Positions 40,534-51,325 are shown, numbered from the stretch's first letter. The stretch is DNA of 64,000 bases from Nitrosopumilaceae archaeon (GCA_965203465.1 CBDBCR010000004.1:14277-78276); one strand, 5' to 3'. Numbers and translations: made by a program. The notes: generated by a model from the letters alone, not told the origin.

Positions 40534-41694
40534 GTGGACCCGGTGGAAAGAGCCAACGCGCTCGCCTCCCAAGACAGGCACGCAGAGGCGCTCCCCCTGT
40601 ACCTCGAGGCCGTCCGGGAAAACCCGGGCGACGAGCGCGGGTACTGCGGGGCGGTCGTCTCCCTCATGGAGACGAAAAGGAGCAGAGAGGCCGTCCCGTA
40701 CCTGGAAAGGATGATGGAACTGCGGCCCGAGGAAGCCTGGCCGCACGGCGTCATGGGCCAGGTCATGGAGCGGGACGGCAGGCCCGACGAGGCGCTTGCG
40801 TGCTACGAAAAGATGGCCCAACTGGATCCCGACGAGGTGCTGGCGCACTTTCGCAAGGCGCAGATAATGCTCTCGAGGGACCTGGAAAAAGAGTACGAAA
40901 AATGCATAGTGCACCTGCTGAGCCTAAAGCCCGCCCGCGCCTCGCACGTCGAGGATCAGGGGCGGGTAGTCGTGTTCATAAAGGAAACGCGCGTGTGCGG
41001 CTCGGACGGCCTGATGCCTGGGACGCGAAAGATGCTCAGTACGCTGCGGCGCGGCCCCCGGGGCGAAGACCCGGACGCGCTGGTGGAGCGGGCCGGCTCC
41101 CTCGCGGCCGGGGGCATGTTCGAGGGCGCGGCCGCGGCCGCCGGCGAGGCCGCGCGCGTGGACCCCGATTTTGCCTCGGCGCACAGCGCGAGGGCCGAGG
41201 CGATGGCCGGGCTGGGCAGGTACCGCGAGGCGCTCGGGTGCATAGGCGAGGCCGTCCGGCTGAGGCCCTACGACGACTACGACTTGGCTACAAAGGGCAT
41301 GCTGCTCGAAAGGCTGGGCCGCTTCGGGGAGGCGGCCGAATGCTACGACCGGATCGTGCGGGCAGACGGGGCGGACATGGCGGCGCGCTACCTCAAATGC
41401 GGCGCGCTGGCGCACGCCGGCGACGCCGAGGGGCTGGCGGCGTGCTACCGCGAGGCCCTCGGGGCCGAGGCGGGCAAGAGGGGCGCGCGGCTGCAAAGGC
41501 TGATGCGGGCCGAGCTTTCGGATCTGCAAAGCTGCGCGGACGCGGCCGGCTCGGCCGCCGCCGGCCTCGCCGAGTTCATGAGGACGGGCGGAGTCGGCGC
41601 GAGGCCCCGGTGGGGCAGGCCCGGCGGGGCCCGGCCGGTCTCCCGGCGCCGGGATGCGAGGCCCGGCAGGCTGCGCGCCGGCAGGCGCGCCTAG
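40534..41694 (+). CDS. TPR-repeat protein 4
   Basis: TPR motifs; ends GRLRAGRRA. Confidence 0.85.
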   Translation: MDPVERANALASQDRHAEALPLYLEAVRENPGDERGYCGAVVSLMETKRSREAVPYLERMMELRPEEAWPHGVMGQVMERDGRPDEALACYEKMAQLDPDEVLAHFRKAQIMLSRDLEKEYEKCIVHLLSLKPARASHVEDQGRVVVFIKETRVCGSDGLMPGTRKMLSTLRRGPRGEDPDALVERAGSLAAGGMFEGAAAAAGEAARVDPDFASAHSARAEAMAGLGRYREALGCIGEAVRLRPYDDYDLATKGMLLERLGRFGEAAECYDRIVRADGADMAARYLKCGALAHAGDAEGLAACYREALGAEAGKRGARLQRLMRAELSDLQSCADAAGSAAAGLAEFMRTGGVGARPRWGRPGGARPVSRRRDARPGRLRAGRRA

Positions 41695-41911
41695 CCGGGG
41701 AGGCGGGCGGCGCCGTCCCGGCCTTGCGCCGAGCCCGATCGGGAAACCGCGGCGATCGCAAGAGGGCGGATCCGGGGCGGTGGACGGCGGCACGCCGCCC
41801 GCGGACCGGCGGTTGGAAAGCCGTGATCGCCCGGCCGCGTGCGGCCTGCCGCAACCGACGGGGAAATGGCGGCCGGCCCTGGCGGTGCGGAGCCCTGGCG
41901 CCCGCCTGGCC

Positions 41912-44050
41912 TCATGCCCGTGTTGCGTGCAAGCCGGGGTCAGATTCGCGTGCGCGTGATTCGAGTTCCAAGAAACATTCTTCCGACATGCCCGATCCGT
42001 CGTGTCCGCGCCCGTTTGTTACCATGAATTGGCTGTAGAGCACCGTCCTGACATCAGCTCGGGACAGATTGAGCCCGGCGCTGCCGAGCAGGCGGGCCTT
42101 GTGCTGCGCCATGCCGACCGCCGCCGCGGCGGCGTCCCCGCATGCTTCCGAGTCAGCGCACGCCCGCTTTTTGCACACGAAGATCACGTCCAACTGAATC
42201 GGGGATCTGGACTGAGTCATGGGGACGGAAACCGACATTTCAGCTTTGACGGGGTGTGCGCCGACCGGCACAAAGCCGGATCTTGCCAGCGATTCGTGCA
42301 CGGACGTCCATCCGTCTGGCCGGGAGTGGTGGTAGGTGAATACCAGCAGGCCCTCGTCGGCCAGGACCCTGTGGCACTCGGAGAACACGGCGGCCAGCTT
42401 TGCCGCAAACCGGCCAGGATTCGAGTCTTGCACCTCTTTCTTGTCGCGGGTTGTGTCTCCGCCGCCAATGAAACCGCGCGGATACAGCCTCCCCCACGAA
42501 TAGAAGAAATCGGCCAGTTCCGAATAGTTGACGTTGTCGAAGAACGGAGGATCCGTGACTACGTAGTCGATGGCGCCGTCGTCCAGATCCATCTTGTCGG
42601 AGCTTCCGCAGGCCAGCTTTATCCCGCCCGGCTCGGGCCGCCGTCTGTCAAGAGCGCCCACGCCCCATTTGAGCGCGCCCTCGGAAGAGGGCGTCTTGCG
42701 ATCCTCGGCCCCCAGCTCGAAAGGCTCGCGCTTGTAATCCAGCGCCCTCAGCAGCCTGGATCTGAACAGCCCGGAGAACGACCCGGAGCTCTTCTCCGTC
42801 CCCCACACGTTCGCTTCCAGAGGCATGCGCTCCGGTTTCAGTATGTGGTGGGCGAACATGTGTCTGACCGCCCCAGTCCCCTCCCCCTTGTAGCTGGCGA
42901 ACATGTTGTTGAACTCGAGCGTGCCGGAGAACAGCAAAAGCAGGGCGTCCCGGCACGCGGCGTCGCCGATTCGCCAGATTGCGCTCTGGAGCCATCCGAG
43001 AGACAGCAGCTGGCGATCGTTGAAAAACTCCCTCCATGTCCGGTAATTGTAATTGATTGCCTGCCTTGTGTTGTGGCCGTCGGCCAATTCCGTGCGGGGC
43101 AACTTTATCTCGCCGTTCCCGACGGCAGATCGGAGGGCAATCGAGCACTTGGCGTATGCTGCGGCATCTTCCCGGGTGGCCTTGGCGTACCTTTTTTCGC
43201 CGTCGGCCGTCAGGACGAGCTTTCCGTAGAGCCTGTGCTCCGGAGGACTCTTGCTTGATCTGACGGAGTCCACAACGGCGAATTTCCTGCGGCACGCTCT
43301 GCACGTGGCGCTGGCCCCGCGCGCAGATCCGGCATCCGGCTCGAATGTGTGTGAGCAAGACGGGCACGCGGCCGCGTTCGCGGTCTTGCGCCAAGGGAAT
43401 ATGTCCCAGCATTCCGGGCACACCACGTGCACGTTTCTGGCCTTCAGCGGGTTTGCGGTTCTTGCGAACGCGTACGTCGGAAACAGACTGACGCCAGATC
43501 CGCATCCGGGGCATTGCACCTGCTTGACCCAAAAAAAGTAGAGCACGTCGCACTGCCGCCCGTCTGAATCGCGCGTCTTGTACAGAGATCTTATCCTGTC
43601 GCGCGTCTCAAAGGCAACCTCGTTAAACGCCGCCATGATCTTCTCCCTCGGCGGGGAGGACATGGATACCCTGACCGCCTCGCACGCTACGGGGTTTATG
43701 TCCATGCCAAAAGAAGTGCAGCCGATCTTGTGGGATTCGCCGATCGTGGTGCCGCTACCCATGAAAGGATCTAGGATTGATACGCCCGGATGGCTCCCGG
43801 GACGGTAGAACGCCTGGCGGAAGTCCGCATCAGGAGGCACGACGCAGCCGACGACTATTGCCCGGAACACCGAGCCCAGCCTGCGGGCCCACCATTTGTG
43901 CGTGTAGTACATGGGCCGGTAGATCTCCTTCCTCCAGCTCTCTCTGAGCGCCAGCTTGGAAACGAAGTCTATCGGAAAATGATCGGACTCTATGGCGCGG
44001 ATCCCCGTGCCGGCGGCGCGCGGGATCGACACCTGATCCGACACGGTCAT
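41912..44050 (-). CDS. Amino-DNA methyltransferase with Zn-ribbon insert (DUF1156-like)
   Basis: HKWWARR, DPFMGSGTT, several CxxC pairs, TDPPFFDNVNY. Confidence 0.85.
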   Translation of the reverse strand: MTVSDQVSIPRAAGTGIRAIESDHFPIDFVSKLALRESWRKEIYRPMYYTHKWWARRLGSVFRAIVVGCVVPPDADFRQAFYRPGSHPGVSILDPFMGSGTTIGESHKIGCTSFGMDINPVACEAVRVSMSSPPREKIMAAFNEVAFETRDRIRSLYKTRDSDGRQCDVLYFFWVKQVQCPGCGSGVSLFPTYAFARTANPLKARNVHVVCPECWDIFPWRKTANAAACPSCSHTFEPDAGSARGASATCRACRRKFAVVDSVRSSKSPPEHRLYGKLVLTADGEKRYAKATREDAAAYAKCSIALRSAVGNGEIKLPRTELADGHNTRQAINYNYRTWREFFNDRQLLSLGWLQSAIWRIGDAACRDALLLLFSGTLEFNNMFASYKGEGTGAVRHMFAHHILKPERMPLEANVWGTEKSSGSFSGLFRSRLLRALDYKREPFELGAEDRKTPSSEGALKWGVGALDRRRPEPGGIKLACGSSDKMDLDDGAIDYVVTDPPFFDNVNYSELADFFYSWGRLYPRGFIGGGDTTRDKKEVQDSNPGRFAAKLAAVFSECHRVLADEGLLVFTYHHSRPDGWTSVHESLARSGFVPVGAHPVKAEMSVSVPMTQSRSPIQLDVIFVCKKRACADSEACGDAAAAAVGMAQHKARLLGSAGLNLSRADVRTVLYSQFMVTNGRGHDGSGMSEECFLELESRARESDPGLHATRA

Positions 44051-44808
44051 TCTTCGCCCTCCCCGCGCATACGCACCGGATCGTCGGGATCGCCGGCGAG
44101 CCTCCACGCGCAGAACTCGTGCCTTTTCCCGGCTGCGGGGTTGGGTTCTGTGCGAGCCGTGATCTCGCTACTGCGCAGGTCAAAGTTGTACCCCACGATC
44201 ACGCGGTCTGCCTCGATCCTGGACAGAACCCCGATTCTGGCCAATTCCCCCGGCACCTCCGCATCGGATGGCAATATGAGGGTCCTGTGGTGGGTAGTGC
44301 CCGCCGCTATTGCAAACGGGGTCGGCAGCACATACATTTTCCGATCCCTGATCATAACGTCCCCGTAGCTGCCGAAGCCCTTCACGCTCTTGTTGGCATG
44401 GGTGTATCCATGATCGGCGTTTAGGAAATCCCCGTGGCATATTGCCAGATCCATCACCGGATAATGCCGTCCGTCGGGTCTGGCAGGATACCGACCGAAT
44501 ATGTAATATATCGTTCTGCCGTTATGCACGCCGCTTGGAATCTGGCTGTTGGAGTCGTATGTCAGGTCCCTTCCCGGATACGCCAGTCCCTTCACCTCAA
44601 ACCCGTCACTGGCCGACACCATCCTGAAGTCCGGGTATGAGTTTCTTCCAGCCGTTTCAAAATCCAGCCGCAATTCCCCGATTCTGTCCTTTACCCAGTT
44701 CTGGAAGTGGAATTCTTTGTCGGTGTCGCTTTCGCTAGATATGAGCTTGTTGTCGTTCATGGCCAAGACGCATTTTTTGAATAGCGCGGCCGCGACGTTC
44801 AATGACAT
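44047..44808 (-). CDS. Putative type II restriction endonuclease (PD-(D/E)xK)
   Basis: YPDF...FEVK motif; ATGA-coupled to the methyltransferase; AT-richer than flanks. Confidence 0.65.
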   Translation of the reverse strand: MSLNVAAALFKKCVLAMNDNKLISSESDTDKEFHFQNWVKDRIGELRLDFETAGRNSYPDFRMVSASDGFEVKGLAYPGRDLTYDSNSQIPSGVHNGRTIYYIFGRYPARPDGRHYPVMDLAICHGDFLNADHGYTHANKSVKGFGSYGDVMIRDRKMYVLPTPFAIAAGTTHHRTLILPSDAEVPGELARIGVLSRIEADRVIVGYNFDLRSSEITARTEPNPAAGKRHEFCAWRLAGDPDDPVRMRGEGEE

Positions 44809-45556
44809 GCCGCTTGCAAGTTGCAATTTAAATCTAGGCTGGATCGCTGGGCCGTCCTTATTTAACGGGCCGGAGGCGGCAATTTCGCGCCCGTCCGCCG
44901 AATTTACAACAGTGCCAGAACTTGGCCGAGTCCGACACGCTGGGCGACGGCGATTCCCGCTTTTGGAACTGGTTCAAGATCCAAAAAGTGCGCGTTTCCC
45001 GCAAAGCGCTTCGGGCCGGATCTTCCGTACGAGCGCGACATTTGCCTGCGGGGGCCGTATTCGCAGATCATGGGGGACGAGTGCCGGGACTTGGCGGAAA
45101 ACGGGGATCGGTGCGACGAGGCCCGGCCCGAGCTGCCGCAAGAGTTCCGCGGCGGCGGGTTCCTAGACTTCGTCCGGGGCGGGAGCAACGGCTGGCTGGA
45201 GATGGCGACCACGCTGCTACCCAAGAGGAAACGCATGACGAAAATGGACCGCATCATGGAGGGCGCCGAAGGCTGGGGTCGGCTTCACGCGCGAATTCAT
45301 AGAATTCGCCCTGCGCGACCTGGAGGGCGCCGGCCCGATCGAGTGCGACGGGCGACCGCAGTCGGTCTGCGTTCTCTTCGCGTACTCGGCTCTTGGACGG
45401 GGCCGCAACGCGGCCTCGGAACGCGGCGCCCCGCCTCGGACGCCCCGCGCTCCTTTTCCCCCGCGCTCGCGGCGCCCGACGCATGCAGGAACCGAAGCCC
45501 AGGGCGATCGGGCCGGCCGCGCCTATCTTATATGCCGCCTGCCCCTCCCCCCGCGC

Positions 45557-46735
45557 GTGGACTGGGAGCGGGCCGCCGATCTGATCCGCGCGCACAGGTA
45601 CCGGCAGGCCCTGCCGCTCTACGAGGAGGCCGTCCGGAAAAACCCGGGCGACGAGCGCGGGTACTGCGGGGCGGTCATCGCGCTGATGGAGACAAGAAAG
45701 CGCAAGGAGGCTGCCGCGTACCTGGAAAGGCTGATGAAACTGCGACCCGAGGAAGCCTACCCGCTCGGCGTCATGGGCTGCGTCATGGAGGACGACGGCA
45801 GGAAAGACGAGGCGATGGCGTGGTACCAAAAGATGATCGAACTCGACCCCCAAGAGACGCTGGCGCGCTTACGGCAGGCGCAGATGACCATGAGGGACAA
45901 GGAAAAGCAGTACGAAAAGCACCTGGTGGACGCAATCAAGCTAAAGACGACCCGCGCCTCGGCCGTCGAGGATCAGGCGCGGCTGGTCGCGTTCATCGAC
46001 GAAAAGTACAGGGGCGGCAAGGAGGGCATGATGCCGGGGGTGCTCAAGATGCGCCGGATGCTGCGGTGCGGCCCGCCCGAAGACCGCAAGGACCCCGACC
46101 TGCTGCTGGAGCGGGCCGGCTCCCTGGCGGCCGGGGGCATGATCGAAGAGGCCGCCGAGGCGGCCGCCGAGGCCGCGTCCGTAGATCCGGACTTTGCCAC
46201 CGCGCACGGCGTAAGGGGCGAGATGCTCGCGGAGCTGGGCAGGTACGGCGAGGCCGCCGCGTGCATCGGCGAGGCCGTCCGGATAATGCCGTACGACACC
46301 GAGAACCTGATGCTAAAGGGAATGCTGCTCGAAAAGCTGGGCCGCTTCGGAGAGGCGGCAGAATGCTACGGCCGGACGATAAAGGCGGACCGGATGCACA
46401 TGACGGCGCGCTACCTCAAGTGCGGCGCGCTGGCGCACGCCGGCGACGCCAAGGGGCTGGCAAAGTGCTACCGCGAGGCCGTCGAGGCCGAGACGGACAG
46501 GGACGGCGCCAGCATGCAAAAACAGATGCTCGCCGAGTACTCGGAGCTGCAAAGGTGCACGGGCGAGGCCGGCTCTGCGGCCGCCGGCCTGGCCGAATTT
46601 CTCAGGACGACGGGCGTCGGCATACGGACCCGGTGGGGCCGCCCCGGCGAGGACGCGCGCCCGCTCCCCCCTTTCCGGCGCAGGCCGCGCGGGCCGGCGA
46701 GGCAGGGCAGGCTGCGCGCCGGCAGGCGCGCCTAG
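45557..46735 (+). CDS. TPR-repeat protein 5
   Basis: Paralogue of protein 4; ends GRLRAGRRA. Confidence 0.85.
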   Translation: MDWERAADLIRAHRYRQALPLYEEAVRKNPGDERGYCGAVIALMETRKRKEAAAYLERLMKLRPEEAYPLGVMGCVMEDDGRKDEAMAWYQKMIELDPQETLARLRQAQMTMRDKEKQYEKHLVDAIKLKTTRASAVEDQARLVAFIDEKYRGGKEGMMPGVLKMRRMLRCGPPEDRKDPDLLLERAGSLAAGGMIEEAAEAAAEAASVDPDFATAHGVRGEMLAELGRYGEAAACIGEAVRIMPYDTENLMLKGMLLEKLGRFGEAAECYGRTIKADRMHMTARYLKCGALAHAGDAKGLAKCYREAVEAETDRDGASMQKQMLAEYSELQRCTGEAGSAAAGLAEFLRTTGVGIRTRWGRPGEDARPLPPFRRRPRGPARQGRLRAGRRA

Positions 46736-47640
46736 TCGGGCCGCAGGCGGCGCGCCGGCGCGGTCAGGGCCTGCACGGACCTGCGCCACTCCGCGTCCCC
46801 CTGCGAGACGCAGACCGAATCGAGCGCCGAGACGAAGTCTTGGGCGAAATAGTCCAGCTCGCCGAGCGCCACGCGCCGCGCCAGCCGCGATATGATTCTT
46901 CTGCGGCCCCCGACCGAAAGGCCGGCCGCGTACGACGCCAGATTGCCGAGCGCCGACCGCAGCGACTCGTGGTAGTGCGCGTACGAATCGTCTGTCATGG
47001 CCGTGTTCTTTACGACCGTTTCGGCCGCGATCAGGCATATCCGGGCCGCCTCGTCGGCGTCGCCCGCCGATGCGAACCTTCCGGCCGCCTCTTCGGCCAC
47101 GTCAAAGTGCACGAAGTCGAGTCCCTCTAGGTATCCGTCGACCGCCTTTTCGATGTACATCACGTCCAGCACGCGCCCGTAGTCGACGCCGCGCGGGGGG
47201 AGCCCGCGCGGCGGCAGCTCGAGCAGGTGAAGCAAGTCGCGGTCCGCGCGCTTTTTCCACGCGGCGGCGACGGCCAGCTCTTTTTTCTGCCACGGCTCGG
47301 CCGTCTCCGCCGCCTCGCGTATGCCTTCGTCCTCCTCGGCGCGCGCCTCCCTGAGGGCGTCCATGTTCTCGGCGGCGTACACCGCCAGCTCGGTCGCGTG
47401 GGAGCAGTACCTGGCCCTCTGCCTGCACCCGCACGAGACCTCCAGCTCGCCGCCCTCCACGCGCGCGTACACCGGCCTCCAGTTCTTGCCGCCCGGCAGC
47501 ACCGCCCACACGCCGCCGTCCTCCAGCCGCGGGGCCAGCACGGGGCCCGAGCCCCACCACGGACTGCCGTTCCTGCGCGCCTCCTCCTCGCCGACCGCCG
47601 CGATCACGGCCGCCATGTCTATCCCCGGCCCGTCCCGCAC
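46732..47640 (-). CDS. SWIM zinc-finger protein, paralogue 3
   Basis: CGCRQRARYCSH; PPRGVDYGRVLD and TDDSYAHY shared with paralogues 1 and 2. Confidence 0.75.
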   Translation of the reverse strand: MRDGPGIDMAAVIAAVGEEEARRNGSPWWGSGPVLAPRLEDGGVWAVLPGGKNWRPVYARVEGGELEVSCGCRQRARYCSHATELAVYAAENMDALREARAEEDEGIREAAETAEPWQKKELAVAAAWKKRADRDLLHLLELPPRGLPPRGVDYGRVLDVMYIEKAVDGYLEGLDFVHFDVAEEAAGRFASAGDADEAARICLIAAETVVKNTAMTDDSYAHYHESLRSALGNLASYAAGLSVGGRRRIISRLARRVALGELDYFAQDFVSALDSVCVSQGDAEWRRSVQALTAPARRLRPD

Positions 47641-47692
47641 CGGGCCCCGCCCGGCCGCCTATCTTATTAAGATCGGCCCGCCGGCGCCGCGC

Positions 47693-49570
47693 GTGGATCT
47701 GCTCGAAAAGGCCATCGATCTCTCCCGCAAGGAAAAGTTCGGGGAGGCGATCGCCGCGTACCAAAAGGCCATCTCGGAGGATCCCGACGACGAGCGCCCG
47801 TACTGCGGCGCGATCCTCCTGCTCATGACCACCAAGAGGCTCGACGAGGCCGGCGCGTGCATCGAAAGACTGATGCGGCGCCACCCCGAGGCCGCCTACC
47901 CCCACGGCGCCATGGGCTCCCTGATGGAGATGCGCGGCAGGCCCGCCGAGGCGCTGCCCTTCTACGAAAAGATGATCGAGATGGACCCGGGCGAGGCGTT
48001 CGCGCGCCTCCACAAGGCCCAGATAATGCTGAAAATGGGCGACAAGAAAAAGTACAAAGAGTGCGTCGCGGAACTGAAAAAAGCCGAGCCGCCGAGCGAC
48101 TCGGCCGCCGAGGACAAGAAAAAGGCGCTCGACGCGCTGGAAAAAAAGTACGACGGCGATCCGACCGACCTGATGCCGTCGATGAAGGCCATGGCCGACG
48201 TTCTGCTCTACGGGCCGGGCGGGCGCGAGGAGCTCCAGCCGCTCTTCGAGCTGGCCCGATCCATGGAAAAAGGCGACGGGATCAAGGCCGTCAAATCGGC
48301 CCTGGACGACATGTTCCTGGGCCTGGATCCCGGGGAGGGCGGCCCCGCCGACGAAAAGATAGGCGAGGCCAACGCCCTGATCATGCGGGGCGAGGGCAAA
48401 AAGGCGGTCCCCCTCTACGAGGAGGCCGTCAAGCTGGACCAGGACGACGCGCGGGGGTACTGCGGCATGATAATCACGCTCATGATGATAGACAGGCAGA
48501 AAGAGGCCGAGGGGTGGGCGGAAAAGCTGGTCCGCATCAGGCCCGACGATGCCTACCCGCACGGCATCATGGGCTCGCTCATGGAGATATCCGGCCGGCC
48601 CGACGAGGCGCTTGCCTGCTACGACAAGATGATCGAGATCGATCCGGGCGAGATGGCAGCGCGCCTCAAAAAGGCGCTCATACTGTTCGCCGGCGACAGG
48701 GACGACGAGGCCCAGAAATGCCTCGAAGAGGCGCTGGTCGCCGAGCCGTCCAGCGATTCGGGCGAGGACGTGCAGGATCTGATAGCCGACCTGCTGGACG
48801 ACGACGACGAGATGGAAGAGGACGAAATCGCGGCCAATCCGGAGGTGGCGATACCGGGCATGGAAGAGATGGTGACGGTCCTGACCATGGGTGAAGACTT
48901 TGACGAAGACGACGAGGACGAAGACTTTGACGATGAAGACGATGAAGACGACGAGGACGAAGACTTTGACGATGAAGACGAAGAGGACGACCTCGCGTTC
49001 GAAGTCGAGCAGCTGGTTTACCACGCCAACAAGCTGGCAGACGGCGGGCGGTTCGCCGAGGCGGTCGCGCTGCTAGACGACGCGCTGCAGCTCGATCCCG
49101 ACTTTGCCGACGCGCACAGCATCAGGGCCATGATGATGGTGCAGCTGAAAAGGTACCGAGAGGCCGTCGAGTGCGTCGACGAGGTGCTCCGGCTGCGGCC
49201 CGACGACGTGGAGGACCTGGGCGTGAAGGGAATGCTGTTCGAGAAGATGGGCCGGCCCGAAGAGGCGATGGCCTGCTACGACCGGATAATCGAGGTCGAG
49301 CCCGGAGAGATCATGGCCTACTACCTCAAATGCGGCATGCTGGCCGAAGGAGGCGAGGCGGGCGAGCTGGAAGAGTGCTACCGCGCGGCCATGGCGGCCG
49401 AGCCGTCGGACAGGGACGGGGCGCGCATGAAAAAGTCGATGCGCGGCGAATACCGCGAGCTGAAGCGTTGCGTAGCGAGGGACGGCCCGGAGCGCGGCCT
49501 CGAAAAATTCATGGCAAAGACGGGCGTCGCGGCAAAGCCAAAGTGGGGCAGGGCCGGCGACGGCCCCTAG
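47693..49570 (+). CDS. TPR-repeat protein 6 (duplicated N-module, acidic linker)
   Basis: Two copies of the N-terminal TPR module; D/E-rich EDFDDED repeats at ~48893-48990. Confidence 0.85.
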   Translation: MDLLEKAIDLSRKEKFGEAIAAYQKAISEDPDDERPYCGAILLLMTTKRLDEAGACIERLMRRHPEAAYPHGAMGSLMEMRGRPAEALPFYEKMIEMDPGEAFARLHKAQIMLKMGDKKKYKECVAELKKAEPPSDSAAEDKKKALDALEKKYDGDPTDLMPSMKAMADVLLYGPGGREELQPLFELARSMEKGDGIKAVKSALDDMFLGLDPGEGGPADEKIGEANALIMRGEGKKAVPLYEEAVKLDQDDARGYCGMIITLMMIDRQKEAEGWAEKLVRIRPDDAYPHGIMGSLMEISGRPDEALACYDKMIEIDPGEMAARLKKALILFAGDRDDEAQKCLEEALVAEPSSDSGEDVQDLIADLLDDDDEMEEDEIAANPEVAIPGMEEMVTVLTMGEDFDEDDEDEDFDDEDDEDDEDEDFDDEDEEDDLAFEVEQLVYHANKLADGGRFAEAVALLDDALQLDPDFADAHSIRAMMMVQLKRYREAVECVDEVLRLRPDDVEDLGVKGMLFEKMGRPEEAMACYDRIIEVEPGEIMAYYLKCGMLAEGGEAGELEECYRAAMAAEPSDRDGARMKKSMRGEYRELKRCVARDGPERGLEKFMAKTGVAAKPKWGRAGDGP

Positions 49571-49602
49571 GATCCGGCAAAGCGCGGCGGGCGATCTTTT
49601 TT

Positions 49603-50856
49603 TCAGCGCCGGCGCCCGGCGCGCAGGCGGCCCGCCCGCCCGGCCCCGCGCGCGCGCCGGGAAGCGGGGGGCGCGCGGGCGCCTTCGCCGGCGCGGCCCC
49701 ACTGCGGCCTCGCCGCCACGCCGCCCCCGTCCACGAACGCCCCGAGGCCCGCCTCTACGGAGCCTGCCTCCTGCGCGCAGCGCTCCAGCTCGGCGTACTC
49801 CCTGCCCATGCTCCTTTGCATGGTCTCCCTCCCGTCGTCGCGCGGCGCCGACGAGAGCGCCTCGCGGTAGCACTCGGCCAGGCCGCGCGCGTCGCCGGCG
49901 TGGGCCAGCGCGCCGCATTTGAGGTAGTAGGCCATCGTCTCGCCCGGCTCGACCTCTATCACGCGATCGTAGCAGGCCAGCGCCTCGTCGCGCCGGCCAA
50001 GCTTCTCGAGCAGCATCCCCTTGGCGCACAGGTCTTCGGGGCCGTCGGGCCGCAGCCGGAGTACGGTATCCATGAGCTCGGCGGCCTCGCGGTACCTGCC
50101 CATCTGGATCAGTATGGACGCCTTGACGCTGTGCGCGTCGGCAAGGTCGGGGTGCTCGGCTATGGCCCCGTCGATCGCGGCCATGGCCTCGTCCAGCTTG
50201 CCTTCGTCGGACAGCGCGCTGGCGCGCGCCATCGCCTCTTGGGGGCTCCCCTCCTCCAGGTACTCCGCGAACAGGGCCTTGAGCATGCCCGGCATGCCGG
50301 GCATCGCCGGCGACAGTCCGGGCGGCCTGCCGCCCCCGTCCGCGTCCTGGCGCATCTCGGCCAGCGCGGCTTCGGCCCCCGCGTCGTCTGCCATCTCTTG
50401 CACCTTTGCTATGTTTGCCATTATCTCCCTCTGCGCCCTGGCCTCGTGCTCGTCGGACGGCTCGGCCCCCATGGCCTTGTTGAAACACTCCATGCCCTCT
50501 TTTGTCCGGCCGCGTCTGATCAAAAGGGGCGAGGCCCTAAAGAGCACCATGATGTCGTCCGGGTCTATCCCGAGCGCCTTTTCGTAGCACGCCAGCGCCT
50601 CGTCTGTCTTGCCGCACCCTTCCAGGACAGAGCCCATCAGGCCGTGTAGGTGCGCGTCGTCGGGGCGGAGCCGGATCAGCTTTTCCATCCACTCGGCGGC
50701 CTTTTCGTTCTGCTTCATGTGCAGCAGCGCGAGGACAGCCCCGTAGTACCCGCGCTCGTCGTCCGGGTTCTGCCGGACGGCCTCTTCGTACAGCGGGAGC
50801 GCCCTCGCAGTCTGGTCATCCACGGCCAAGGCGTTGGCCTCGGCTATCGCGTCCAT
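49603..50856 (-). CDS. TPR-repeat protein 7
   Basis: TPR motifs; ends GRLRAGRRR. Confidence 0.85.
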   Translation of the reverse strand: MDAIAEANALAVDDQTARALPLYEEAVRQNPDDERGYYGAVLALLHMKQNEKAAEWMEKLIRLRPDDAHLHGLMGSVLEGCGKTDEALACYEKALGIDPDDIMVLFRASPLLIRRGRTKEGMECFNKAMGAEPSDEHEARAQREIMANIAKVQEMADDAGAEAALAEMRQDADGGGRPPGLSPAMPGMPGMLKALFAEYLEEGSPQEAMARASALSDEGKLDEAMAAIDGAIAEHPDLADAHSVKASILIQMGRYREAAELMDTVLRLRPDGPEDLCAKGMLLEKLGRRDEALACYDRVIEVEPGETMAYYLKCGALAHAGDARGLAECYREALSSAPRDDGRETMQRSMGREYAELERCAQEAGSVEAGLGAFVDGGGVAARPQWGRAGEGARAPPASRRARGAGRAGRLRAGRRR

Positions 50857-50911
50857 CCGCCCGGCGGCCGGCTGCGAGGTATAAGTGGATAGCGAAGCCG
50901 CGGGCGAAAGG

Positions 50912-51325
50912 TCAGATGTACCGGAATATGGTCCTTTTCTGGGCCGGCCCGCCGTCCGAGACCAGCGCGAAATTGTGCAGCGGGTACTCGGACTTGTACT
51001 TTTTCATGTAGCTCCAGGCCACGTCGTGCGTCCGGAACGAGGTCCGCAGCCCCTCTATCCGGGATTCGGCGCCGTACACGTCAAACACCACGACGCTGTA
51101 GCTGCGCGGCCTGCCCGCGCGCGGGCGCGCCCGCAGTATCCAGGCCAGCGCGAAGACGAACACGGCCGCGAGCACGACGGATTCCCCGGCGTACTTGAAG
51201 AACGATACCACCACGGCCGGTATGGTCTGGCCGAACAGGTGCCCCACGGAATACGAAAAGGCCACAACCGCGAGGGCCGTGAGCACGTAGGTCTTTAGAT
51301 CGAAGACGCGCTCAAGCACCTGCAT
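50912..51325 (-). CDS. Conserved membrane protein
   Basis: Two hydrophobic helices plus soluble C-terminus (FRTHDVAWSYMKKYK). Confidence 0.7.
   Translation of the reverse strand: MQVLERVFDLKTYVLTALAVVAFSYSVGHLFGQTIPAVVVSFFKYAGESVVLAAVFVFALAWILRARPRAGRPRSYSVVVFDVYGAESRIEGLRTSFRTHDVAWSYMKKYKSEYPLHNFALVSDGGPAQKRTIFRYI

Noticed and set aside
44922-45400. Possible short gene or remnant between the R-M pair and TPR5
   Set aside because: No recognisable motif or consistent reading frame
40500-50649. Long Arg/Gly/Ala-rich overlapping ORFs (e.g. 40500-42038, 45070-47130, 47102-49024, 49171-50649)
   Set aside because: Shadow ORFs caused by high GC codon bias over the real TPR genes
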